From Octopus vulgaris (Eukaryota), in contig OX597823.1 of assembly GCA_951406725.2 (NCBI GenBank), positions 16,554,001 through 16,618,000 of the forward strand: a DNA stretch of 64,000 nt, given 5' to 3'. The notes under the pieces are model-generated. The model was not told the origin of the DNA, made no database searches, and was given only the letters and a program-made list of their open reading frames with translations. Shown in pieces: positions 52,186 through 64,000 of the stretch (positions are counted from its first letter, which is position 1; every line of letters starts with the position of its first letter). The position numbers and the translations under genes were made by a program.

Positions 52186-52550
52186 TGACGATGGATGTTA
52201 TCCCAGATTCACTTTACATTTAATAGTCTAACTGTATTATTTTTAATCGCCTCGCTATATACATTCATATTTTCATCATATATTTTTTCTTCATACGCTT
52301 TTTCACAGTTTTTTTATGCGTATACATATGTATATTTTTATACCTTTGGGCTTTGTGTCCTGAACACCCCGGTATTTTGATATGTATTTATATTGTACGG
52401 TGTGAATATACGTGGATGATTTGAAGTTGTGTGACCAATTATGTTGTTTTTTAACCACTAAGTTTGACTTAGTTTTTTACTTGAACATTTCCTTTTGCAG
52501 CTTAATTTACTTAATTTACTTTTCTTTCTCAATAAGGAAAAACGGAATTT

Positions 52551-52600
<50 letters not shown>

Positions 52601-52603
<3 letters not shown>

Positions 52604-52820
52604 ATGATAGATCGTTAGCCACTGCACACATTTTTTTCTCTCCTTGTTTCTCTCCTTGTTTCTCTCCTTGCTTCTTTCTGTGTTCCTTTCTGTAGAAGAG
52701 CGTAGGCTCGAAACGTAAAAGACTTTTTCTATTCCTGAGCATTATACTAATACATCTGTTTGTTTTGTACACCACTTGTCTTCGTCTTTTGGTGGTTTTT
52801 TTTTTTCGTAAATTTTCCCT
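52601..52820 (+). mobile_element. Short hammerhead-bearing pLTR-like element in (TA)n
   Basis: CUUU-CUGUAGA-A-GAGC(GUAG)GCUC-GAAA-CG-UA-AAAG at 52686-52721. (TA)n on both sides. Confidence 0.8.
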
Positions 52821-54004
52821 ATATATATATAGGGCAAATAAGAAAATAGAGAGGATACATAACGACATACATCATCCGGTAGGCATTCCAGTGTGTCTAT
52901 TTATTCTCTAAGCGAGATGTTGGCAAATAAACTTTAACTTAAAAGATTTATCCTAAAAAAATCTTATTTAGCTGTTATTTTTAGCACTCCTCGCAACCAC
53001 CTCAATACTCAATGTCAAAAAGAAGCAAACATGAAGCAAACAATTTAAATATGCTTTAAAAAAGCAACAAACATTTAACTTTCAGTTTTAAGTTTTAAAA
53101 TATCCCTCTCTGTTTTCAATGTTTCCATAACTGAAGCGAAGTTACTGGAGCTTGCTGCCACAAGCACACAGAGCACAGCGTCAAATTTGTCATCACGTGG
53201 TTCCTCGCAGATAAATGACTTTTCAAAGACTGCTCGGATTCGCTTGTTACTATGGCAACAGGCACGTTGGGAGACAAAGGAGTTTTCATATTCCGCTTCT
53301 TACTATCGAAACAGCTATGAATGTGTCTGTGGCTAGCGATTGGCTAAAATGACCAAAATTGTCAAACTTTAATTACTAATAACTCTTTATCTATTGATTT
53401 ACAGTGAAAATTACTTTCACGTGTATCATTACACTGAATGGGAAATAATGAGAACAGAAAATTGATACTGGCAGCCGCTGACAACCAAACAGAGTTGACC
53501 CATAAAAAACATTTAATATACTTTATAGTACGTTATAGTTGCATAACGAAATACCACGTGTCAACAGGTCATTAATAATTAATACAACTAATCTAAAAGA
53601 AAAGCTGTTACCCATATGTACGAACAAATATATTTACGCAAATGTATAAATATATTTATATTTGTATATATGGGTAAGGCCAAACTAAGCGCAGCTTTAA
53701 CAACTCTAGCCCTGCATCAGCTGTTTTATTTTACTTCTTCCTGAGGGACTCATTCTTTACTATAATTGAATATACATACACACGCTCGTACGCATAGACA
53801 CATATCCGTATGTATATACACGTTCATACACACACACACACAATATAAATACTGCACCACCGGTTATCCGCTATTCTCGACTCAAAAGCTTTGACAGATG
53901 AACCGTCTTGCCGGACCATGTATAAATAAAGTCAATGCACTTTATTTATACACCTCCCATGCGTCTAAGTACCCTGAATTGCTAGAAACTAGCAGTAAAG
54001 TAAT

Positions 54005-54297
54005 GTTTGTTCCTTCTCGAGCCATCCCTGGCTCCTAAGGGCCTGTTTCCCGGTTTCCCTGGCGTATAGGTTTCCGGGACGCCGGTCCGTCGCAGGTGAG
54101 CTGCAAGATGCAAGAGGAAAGAGTGAGAGAAAGTTGTGGCGAAAGAGTCAGCAGAAGTTCGCCATCATCTTCTGCCGGAGCCGCGTGGAGCTTAGGTGTA
54201 CCGCTCATAAACACACACGTCGCCCGGTCTGAGATTCGAACCCGCGATCCCTCGACCGCGAGTCCGCTGCTCTAACCACTAGGCCATGTGCTTCCAC
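54005..54297 (-). mobile_element. Type E SINE (type B-related head and body, different tail) with 12-bp TSD
   Basis: TSD CAGTAAAGTAAT at 53993-54004 and 54298-54309. Shares AAGAGTGAGAGAAAGTTGTGG..CTGCCGGAGCC with type B. Confidence 0.85.
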
Positions 54298-54645
54298 CAG
54301 TAAAGTAATACATTGTATTAGATACAAATTTAATTAATGAAATACAGTTTAGCTGTCCATTACATTCGTGCATTTATTGATCACTATACTTACTAAAAAT
54401 GTGTTACTAAAACTGCTCTCCGAGTGGAAAATTCAAGAAAATTTATGAATTTAGTCACAGAGGTCCGCAATTTGAGGGTCATCAGGATTACTGTCTCTTT
54501 CGTAAATAATTACCAAAAACCTGTACCTGCTACCAGATCATAATTACTTACGAGTGACGGTTGAGTTTGCGCACGCACACACATGCACACACACACACGC
54601 GCACACACACACACACACATATGATATGGTATGGTATGATACCAA

Positions 54646-54876
54646 GGCGGCGAGTTGGCAGAAACGTTAGCACGCCAGGCGAAATGCCTAGCCGCATTTC
54701 TTCTGCCGTTACGTTCTGCGTTCAAATTCCGCCGAGGTCGACTTTGCCTTTCATCCTTTCGGGGTCGATTAAATAAGTACAAGTTACGCACTGGGGTCGA
54801 TATAATCGACTTAATCCATTTGTCTGTCCTTCTTTGTCCCCTCTGTGTTTAGCCCCTTGTGGGTAGTAAAAAAATA
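54646..54876 (+). mobile_element. Type A SINE
   Basis: Matches 31696-31925. Confidence 0.9.
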
Positions 54877-54959
54877 GATATTCATAATAGATTTCAGAAA
54901 AGTGATTGATAGTCTGACATTATTATCTATTGGCTTACATGAAGAAATTCAGCATGGCA

Positions 54960-57196
54960 CAAAAATTTACTCTTAATAACCAGAAGCCTTACAACAAGCA
55001 ACCACTGCACTAGTTGCACATCGCACCTTCAGAGTCAAAGATGCCTCTGTTTTACCACTCTCTTCAACGTCTTCCTATTGTGAATCAATAGCACCATACT
55101 GGCACATCCTGTATAAGAGAGTAGGACATCACAAATTACAAGTGATGTGGACAAACTGGCCAGAAGGAAGGGTTAATTGGTCAACTTACACCAAGCAACC
55201 ACCGCACTAGTTGCACATCGCACCTTCAGAGTCTCTCCAAAAATTCAGAATGAATTTGTGAATGTCTTGGGAGATCAAGTGAGAAAGAAAGTTATCGATG
55301 AAGTGAAACAGTGTAAATACTATAGCATTATTTTTGATAGTGCTCCAGACATTTCTCATATTGACCAAATTTCTCAGGTGCTACGTTATGTTAAAATAGA
55401 TGAAAAGTAAATAAAAGTAGAAGAACCCTGCCTTCGTTTTATTGAAAAGAAAGGCAAGAGACTGAGCAAATTACATAAATGATCCTGAAACAATTAGAAA
55501 TAGACGACATTAACATTCAAGACTAGACAAGCATTTGATAACGCCGCATTAATGGCAGGTAATCGATCCGCTGTTCAAGCCCGCATCACAGAAGTTAATC
55601 CAAAGATTGTATTTGTGCCATGCACCAATCACTCTCTGAATTTAGCACCTGTGCATGCAGCTTCAATGGGTGCAGATTCAGCTATATTTTTTGCACACTG
55701 GACCGTTTATTTTCATTCTTCTCACTCTCAACTCATTGATGGGATATCTTCATTGAGATAACTGGGCTGAGGAAACGAGATAGAGTAATCGAGCAGATGC
55801 AGTGAAAGTTGTACATACAAAATTCCCGGAAATCATCGCTGAGCTAGAACGGTTGATGGAAGATGCAGAAAACGCAACTATGAGATTTGATGCAGGTTTA
55901 ATTCTTCAGGCGATGCTGTCATTGTCTTTCTTGTCATTCCTTGGCCTTTAGAGAGATATACTTCTTGAAATTAATGACTCAAAAGTACTTCCAAACGAAA
56001 GGTCTGGAGTTGCAACAATGTGCCATTAAACTATCAGCCTTGAAAGCTTCTCTACTTGTAAGCAGAGACAAAATAGTAGATGATACGTTGGCCTATTCAA
56101 CCGAAATTTGCTCTGATATGGGAATCAGCACAGAGTGTCAAATTCGCAAAAAGAAAAGAATGAGCTGCGAAGAAAGTATCGATTCCACTCTCAGCTGTGA
56201 CACTGAGCTGAGAAGAGAAATGTTGTCTGTGATAGATAGACTGGTTGAAGAAATAACCTCTAGATTCAAAAGGCTTCACGATATTGCGAAGAAATACACA
56301 TTTCTCACATCGTTCAATTTGTTAGATAAAGAGTGCAATTGTGATGTAGATGCTTTTGATGAGAATATTAAGAGAGAAGACTTTCTGGTTGAAAGGGCAA
56401 GACTGCTAAATTATTTGCTAGATGCTGACGCTGAAACCATAGAAGGTCCTTTGCAAGTTCTTTGGTTTATTCAGAAATATAAGTTTATTGAGTCATTGCC
56501 AAATATTGTAATACTTTCTAACTCGTGCCATTGTAATACTTTTGTATTGTAATACTTCCTAAGTCTTCCTAACTCGTGCTATTAGTGTTGCTAGCTGCGA
56601 ACTAAGCTAAAACTCATTGAGAACCACTTCAGGTCAACAATAAGTCAAACAAAGTTGACTGATTGGGCAATACTATCCACAGAGCGCGACTTCGCGGATA
56701 AAATTAATTTTGATGAAGTCATTCAAGATTTCGCGTAGAGGAAGGCACATAAAATCAATTTTTAAATCGTTTATTATTGTAATTAATTCATCTTCTAATC
56801 TTTAATATATTTTTCCTATTATTTTTTGTGTATAAACATAATAAAAGTAAATTTGAGGGAAATAAATGTTTGTCTTCTTATTTTGCATACATATTTAACA
56901 GTATTATAAAGGGAAAGTTTACGAAAATAAACGAAAGACGAAGGCAGGTGGTGTACAAACAAACAAGTGTATTAGTATAGCGCTCAAGAATAGAAAAAGT
57001 CTTTTACGTTTCGAGCCTACGCTCTTCGACAGAAAGATACACAGAGAAAAACAAGGAGAGAAACAAGGAGAGAAAAAATGTGTGTAGTAGCTAACGATTA
57101 TTCCGTTTTTGGCGTTTTGAAGTGTTATTTGAAATTTTTAAGGAGTGGCCAAATAAAGATCCGCCTCGGTCGGCACTTGTACTGGGTACGCCACTG
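54960..57196 (+). mobile_element. hAT-superfamily transposon remnant (DUF4371/ZMYM1-like transposase pseudogene, dimerisation domain, right TIR)
   Basis: SPKIQNEF..YYSIIFDSAPDISHIDQISQVLRYV, FDNAALMAG, FVPCTNHSLNL, SVASCE..KLKLIENHFRSTISQ..AILS. Terminus CTGGGTACGCCACTG at 57182-57196. Confidence 0.88.
56910..57097 (-). mobile_element. Short hammerhead-bearing pLTR-like element nested in the hAT 3' region
   Basis: Minus strand UCUUU-CUGUCGA-A-GAGC(GUAG)GCUC-GAAA-CG-UA-AAAGA at 57000-57037. Confidence 0.8.
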
Positions 57197-57339
57197 ATCT
57201 CCGTGCAGGGACAACAACTAGAACAAGTGCAGCTGGAATTATAATTATTAACAATAATAAAAAAATTGTTGCCTGAAATCTGCAATAGCTGTACAGACAG
57301 TGACTGCACTAATTAAACTTTAACTAATATGTAAAGATA

Positions 57340-57720
57340 GAAACATTACGATGAAAAGCAAAATTGTACTCGTACATACTTTAGTACTTTCTGTCTTCCT
57401 GTATCGTGTGAGACTTAGACTCTCGGTGCAGAGAGATACAGTGCAGAGACTTTCACTGTAGAGATTCTCAGTGTAGAGATATAGGCATTGGAAATGAGAT
57501 ACTGCTGCAACAGTACCTCATATTTGAACCACATCACAAATAAGCCAGTCCGTAAAATCATCTAACATTTAATCCGTACCCATATCTATGAAAACCTCAC
57601 AACAGTAAAAAAAAAAGAAAAAGCTGAGAAACTTTGGAAATTTAACAAAATCTCGTTGCCTTGGAAAGGCCATTCTTCAAGGAACTGTGGAAGAGAGGAA
57701 AAAAAGGAGAGGTGCCCAGG
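57340..57720 (+). mobile_element. Degenerate RTE-clade LINE 3' fragment
   Basis: TLVLSVFLY..ALEMRY..SYLNHITN..KAILQGTVEERKKRRG resembles the RTE C-terminus. Confidence 0.65.
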
Positions 57721-57905
57721 AATTTCTTACTTGTTTAGATTTTTTTTTTACAGGCTTTGATTTACAGATATTCATACCAGATATTTACAGGATCGGTTCC
57801 ATCAATGTCGAAGAGCGTGCCAAAGTCATTGATATAATGTTTTTCCTACCGGCTAAATCCTCACCTCCCTTACATACTGATATACATCCAATATATCATA
57901 TCACA

Positions 57906-58190
57906 TCAATAGCACCATACTGGCACATCCTGTATAAGAGAGTAGGACATCACAAATTACAAGTGATGTGGACAAACTGGCCAGAAGGAAGGGTTAATTG
58001 GTCAACTTACACCAAGCAACCACTGCACTAGTTGCACATCGCACCTTCAGAGTCTCTCCAAAAATTCAGAATGAATTTGTGAATGTCTTGGGAGATCAAG
58101 TGAGAAAGAAAGTTATCGATGAAGTGAAACAATATAAATATTATAGCATTATTTTTGATAGTGCTCTAGACATTTCTCATATTGACCAAA
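57906..58190 (+). repeat. Near-identical duplicate of hAT segment 55084-55370
   Basis: ORFs 55177 and 57998 share their first ~65 aa almost exactly. Confidence 0.9.
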
Positions 58191-58575
58191 TGGCTGTTGT
58201 CTCTTGTTTTCATTAAAACAAATGTGGACGAAAACCAAGAGGTTAGACATCGTCGAAGTAGGTTGGCGCATTAAAATATTTATTCTGTTTCTCATTCCCC
58301 TTTTCGTTTGTCTTAAAAATATTATTCACTTTCGATATTACGACCGCTGCCCAGGAACCAGTTTACTTTGTAGATCAAACTTATTGTTACTATATTCTTC
58401 CTTCAATCCAACTATTGTCTACACTCCATGACGCTAACACGTTGAAACAGGCATTTCCCCATTCTGTCTAATTACTCTTCGTTGAACAATTTCTATTGCT
58501 GACCAATAATCTTTATTAGTCTAACTATTGTTTCAAACAAGAAAAGAATGTGTGTGCGTGCGCGCGCGTGTACGT

Positions 58576-58766
<191 letters not shown>

Positions 58767-59086
58767 AAGGTAAATCACAAAATACTCATTTGTCTAATTA
58801 GCGGACGTTTTCTGATTGGTTTCTTCTAATTTTATTTATGACATTAAGTCATTGCCGAAAACGACTTTTGTACTCTGCTTCTTCTATCGTTGATATTTTA
58901 CTGAAAGAACATAACCGAGTTGATTAGTATGGTCGAAGGGCTCTCAAATTAATGAATGCTTTATAATGAGTCTATCAACTAAGGATTATACCTTAAATCT
59001 GTGGACGCCCTGGATTTTTTTAGACGTTTTAGAAAGTTAATTTTTATTCTTTTTTCTTTTCTTGATTATCATCATCATCATCATCG

Positions 59087-59149
<63 letters not shown>

Positions 59150-59181
59150 ATCATCATCAATCATCATCATCATCATCATCA

Positions 59182-59258
<77 letters not shown>

Positions 59259-59259
<1 letters not shown>

Positions 59260-59347
59260 CTTCTTTCTTCAAATTTTCTTCCATCTCTCGCCGAGTGTTT
59301 TCCGTACACCTAGGGCAGAGAAGCTCATTGTATGTATTCTTCTTCTT

Positions 59348-59426
<79 letters not shown>

Positions 59427-59703
59427 GTTTTATTATTATTTTTTTTTCTTTCAAATTTGCTTCCATTTCTTGCCGAGTGTCTTCCCGACTCCTAGGGCAA
59501 AGAAACTCATAGTATACATTGGTAGGCCATTAAACCAAACTCAATAGTTCGTTCGTTTTTTTTTTTTTAAGTTAAATTAAAATACATGAGCAGCAACAGT
59601 TCTCACATCGACAATGCTCTTCTCAATACGTGTGATGTACCAGTTAAGACAATCTTTTGCACTTCTTGCAGGGATGGTAAGCCAGGGATCATTCTCATAT
59701 AAT
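59259..59703 (-). mobile_element. Two R4/Dong-like 3' ends (59259-59335 and 59445-59703, family 3) embedded in (ATT)n
   Basis: 59445-59703 is the reverse complement of 4339-4600 (NYMRMIPGLPSLQEVQKIVLTGTSHVLRRALSM). The first has a related 3'UTR. Confidence 0.85.
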
Positions 59704-59727
59704 TTATTATTATTATTATTATTATTA

Positions 59728-59793
<66 letters not shown>

Positions 59794-61066
59794 GTTTGTT
59801 TGTTTGTTTATCAGTGTTCAGCTGCAATTAACTCTGATTGTAAATCTTGAACAGAAGTTCTAAATCTACTAGAACAGGACAGAAGTTCGGAAGACTACTG
59901 TCTAAAAACTACTTAGGATACGAAGAAGAGGATGATGGTGATGGAAATGAAGAGGAGGAGGATGAAGGAAATGAAGATGATGATGATGATGATGATGAGA
60001 GGAACTTCAGCAACAGAAATTGTTCAATGAAGAATAATTAGACGGAATGGGAAAATACCTGTTGCAACGTGTTCGCGTCATGGAGGATAGACGATAGTTG
60101 GATTGAAGGAAGAATATAGTAACAATAAGTTTGATCTGCAAAGACTCATTTGTCTAATTAGGCGAGCAGAAGGAATAGGAAAAGCAGTAATTCTGACAGA
60201 GATCCTCTTAGATAAATGAAATTGATGCGGTTTATGTTCAAACTAATCATCATATAGGCTGCTGTTTGCAGGGAAAAAAAAGGCAGCCAGGGATTTTCAC
60301 TGGAGGGAACACTTGAGAAGATGGATTGGCTAAGTGTCTTGTACGGACAATAAAAACTGAAACTCAGAAAAGAGACTCAAGTGTTTAAGGCAGATTTAAG
60401 TAGAAGGAATATGCAGCTAAATGTTTAAGAGAACGAATGACGTTGTTGCAACGGTTGACGTGTTGAGTGACGAAACAGAATATCTATGAGCTTGTGACTA
60501 TAATTTATTGCTGCATGAATTATAATTCCAACCATTCGAATTGCATTTTGTTGTATGCGGTCTATAATGGTTGATTAAGCAGCAGTAACACTATCCTATA
60601 TATATGAGCAGTTCTTCAGCATGGGGCTTGACTAAGCTACATAGAAGTTCAACCACTATTCACCGCTAAGGCATTTTCTGGGACCATCATGGAAGCCATA
60701 CTATAGTTTTAATATATATCTAGAGTCACTATTGGGGAATATATATAGATCCTGAGACCTAGCAAAAGAAAAGGATTTAAGTGTTTTAATTAAATTGATA
60801 TTTTATTGAGATGGGCTTGATGGAAGGCTATTTCCGATGCGTTTAGTGTTTTATTTACATACATATACATCTATTTGTACACATATACATATATACATAT
60901 ATACATGCATACACACATACAAACACATATACACAGACACATAGACATATACACACACATATATCTATGTATATATATATATATATATATATACATATAT
61001 GTATATGTATATATATATGTATGTATATGTGTATTTGTATGTATGTGTATGTATATATATATATGT

Positions 61067-61112
<46 letters not shown>

Positions 61113-61205
61113 GTAGAAGGTTGGAATGAGTGCTCAACACCACATTCATGGATAAATAATTTCTTTATTTGTTTCATGTTAAGAACAGTAGGAAAATGTC
61201 CAAGC

Positions 61206-61257
<52 letters not shown>

Positions 61258-61371
61258 GATAGGAGTTATTCAGTTCCTGTGAATTAAGGGTGGACAATTC
61301 TGTGGGTTTTATACTCTTTAATTGGAATGCTGGATTTTTTATCAAACAGGATGCTAGAAAACGGAATATGG

Positions 61372-61870
61372 TCACCGTGGAGTTTGCATATTAAGAAGCG
61401 TTTGGAATTTTTCAATAAAAAGATTCTCCTTGTTGATTCTTTCTTGTGTAGAGAGTCTTTCTTTACATTGATAGTAAGAGAATATACGAAATTTGGGACT
61501 TTTATTTCTAGCGCAAGAGTTTATGTGGCTACTGAGTGGAATTTGACGGTATTGTGGTAGATTTATCTGTTCTTTATGGACTGCTACTCTTCTGCGTAAA
61601 GGAAAGCTCATCTGTCCGATATAATTGTGTTGGCAACCTGCGCATGTAAGGACGTAAATGAGGTTCTCGGATGAACAAGAGAAGTTGGTCTTGATTTTAA
61701 ACTTTGTTCCTTGTTTGAAAGTAAATTCAGAGCCTTCAAGTAGGAAGGGACAGGTACAACAGTTAGGGCGTGCACATTTTTTAACTGATGTGGGTGGATG
61801 TGGTATGTGAAGTTTGGCATTTGTTAAGAGTTTTTTTCAAGGATTTATGTTGCATTTTGCATTTATACAC
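61372..61870 (-). mobile_element. Penelope-like (Neptune-type) GIY-YIG endonuclease remnant
   Basis: Continuous minus frame CARPNCCTCPFL..KTNFSCSSENLIYVLTCAGCQHNYIGQMSFPLRRRVAVHKEQI..HINSC..RINKENLFI. Confidence 0.88.
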
Positions 61871-62069
61871 AAATACACAAGAGTATTATTATGGCAGATT
61901 ATTATAGTAGAAGATACGCGACGCTCTCTTTGTCACTTCCTCTCTCCCATTCCTAATACTTTCTCTCACTCCCTCTCAGTCATGGCTATTACTCTTACTA
62001 CTTCTCCTTCACTGAGTTACTATTTTTTCTCCTCTCCCTTCACCATTCATTCCTACTGCGTGATTTTGG

Positions 62070-62126
<57 letters not shown>

Positions 62127-63002
62127 AAATATATAAAAACACTACGCTCATTATTATATTATGAGATTATACATTGCCGGTCCTTAGAATTTTCGAAGGG
62201 AGGGCACTATGTCAGAAAGGAATACAATTCCAGGACAAAAGGACGTAATAACATTATTTAGAAGGGCGCACTTCTTTTCTTGAGGGAGCACATGCCCCTC
62301 ATGCCCCCCACCTTTGTGTCCGCCCCTGTTATATTATATGATATACTTAAGCGTATTCTACAATATATTTGTGCATACCTTTCTTGGGTCACTGATGTAA
62401 TTTGAAATTTGTTATTTTCTCTGTAGACGATGCTGCCTAATTCAAAACTGTATTTCATTAACTATTTTGAATTGTTCAGTCACCAAAACGGAAGAGGTTT
62501 ACATTCTGGTGGTACGTAGAAATTAAAGGAAAATTTACAATTTACACACTCACACACGAGCAGAAACACATATACTGGGAAACATATGCGCCAGGCGCGC
62601 GACACAATTATTGGTTGCGGCTTATTATAAGTATTTACGTTACACACCTTCTGTTGCGTTACCTTGTTGGGCTCTATTGAATAAATAAAGGGCCACAACG
62701 CAATACGAAGAGCACATCTATTATGAGAGAACAGGAAGCATGACGTTGACATTACTTTGTTTCACATCTGTTACGGCCATTTCCGCAATCGACAACGAAG
62801 TTCGATGAATAATGACAAATTATAAATGCAATCTGTGATTGAATGCTTATCATAAATCGCTTTTTAAACTTGTAATCATTCCTCGATCTTGATCATCGCT
62901 CGTAGAAACATTCGTAAAGATATGAGATTAAAGAAATAACAACTTCATGCTTCATATTTTTCTCGCATTATATACACACGCACGCACGCACACACACACA
63001 TA

Positions 63003-63057
<55 letters not shown>

Positions 63058-63502
63058 CATATTTAAGAGAGATAGTTATGGCCGGTTCATGGGGTTAACC
63101 AGTTTCGCGTCCATAAAACGCTTAATTTTACAAGCAACTCATCAGACCCTAATAGCTGGTGGTCTATAACCTCTGTTCAAAATGGAGGGAGGTTTTATAG
63201 GCCACCAGCCGCGAATTTTTTTTTCCCACGAGTGTTCCGGATCCCAGTAATGAACTCATTTGATACAGCCAATCAGCGCTTACCTTGAAACTCGACATAC
63301 CTTGTACTACTATAGTACGGCCAGTCCGCATATAGAATGGTGTATGTCACTCTGTGAGGACAGCCTAGCAGGTTTCACATAAGCACCACATCCCCTGCCC
63401 ACCATCCTTATAGATCAATTGAGCACCGTCTCTATATGGAGCTAACATTAGGTACCTATGCTTAGACTGAGATTAGTGATGTTGCACGAATCTATTGATA
63501 TA

Positions 63503-63887
63503 GTGGAAGCACTCCGTCGGTTACGACGACGAGGGTTCCGGTTGATCCGAATCAACGGAACAGCCTGCTCGTGAAATTAACGTGTAAGTGGCTGAGCACT
63601 CCACAGACACGTGCACCCTTAACGTAGTTCTCGGGGATATTCAGCGTGACACAGAGAGTGACAAGGCCGGCCCTTTGAAATACAGGTACAACAGAAACAG
63701 GAAGTAAGAGTGAGAGAAAGTTGTGGTGAAAGAGTACAGCAGGGATCACCACCACCCCCTGCCGGAGCCTCGTGGAGCTTTAGGTGTTTTCGCTCAATAA
63801 ACACTCACAACGCCCGGTCTGGGGATCGAAACCGCGATCCTATGACCGCGAGTTGCTGCCCTAACTACTGGGCCATTGCGCCTCCAC
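63503..63887 (-). mobile_element. Full-length type B SINE with 11-bp TSD
   Basis: TSD CTATTGATATA at 63492-63502 and 63888-63898. Confidence 0.92.
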
Positions 63888-64000
63888 CTATTGATATATG
63901 CTAGGAGGGCGCAATACGACACAACGCCATATTGATTACGATGTTTCCAGATCAACACCAAGATTTTAAATTAGGAATGTACAAAATCAGTCAAAAAAGT

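Noticed and set aside
55177-56552. Host zinc finger MYM-type 1-like gene
   Set aside because: Multiple stops and frameshifts, no introns, and a hAT-type terminus present, so a transposon fossil.
59847-60041. Acidic ORF (EEEDDGDG..)
   Set aside because: Derived from (GAT)/(GAG) repeats, with no convincing splice sites or homology.

Overview
AT-rich, microsatellite-laden eukaryotic DNA made almost entirely of transposon remnants. The SINE families and repeat landscape look like an octopus (coleoid cephalopod) genome; this is recognition from memory, not a database result. No intact host protein-coding gene can be recognised, and nearly all short ORFs in the track are microsatellite or transposon artefacts. 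Main contents: (1) a 7 kb head-to-tail pile of 5'-truncated R4/Dong-like RLE LINEs, each bounded by (AAT)n; (2) at least five tRNA-derived SINE types built from shuffled head, body and tail modules, several with clear target-site duplications (TSDs); (3) four Penelope-like (GIY-YIG) remnants plus many short pLTR-type pieces, mostly in (TA)n, several with minimal hammerhead-ribozyme folds, including one canonical copy (34513-34603) and a family with a shared CUGUNGA core variant; (4) three non-autonomous Helitrons and Tc1, mariner, hAT, L1/Tx1, RTE and CR1/L2 fossils plus MITEs; (5) two local DNA-templated duplications. Weak signals (minus-strand splice sites, E-box/CCAAT clusters) suggest the window may be introns and 5' region of a host gene. 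Element boundaries are approximate unless a TSD or TIR is quoted.
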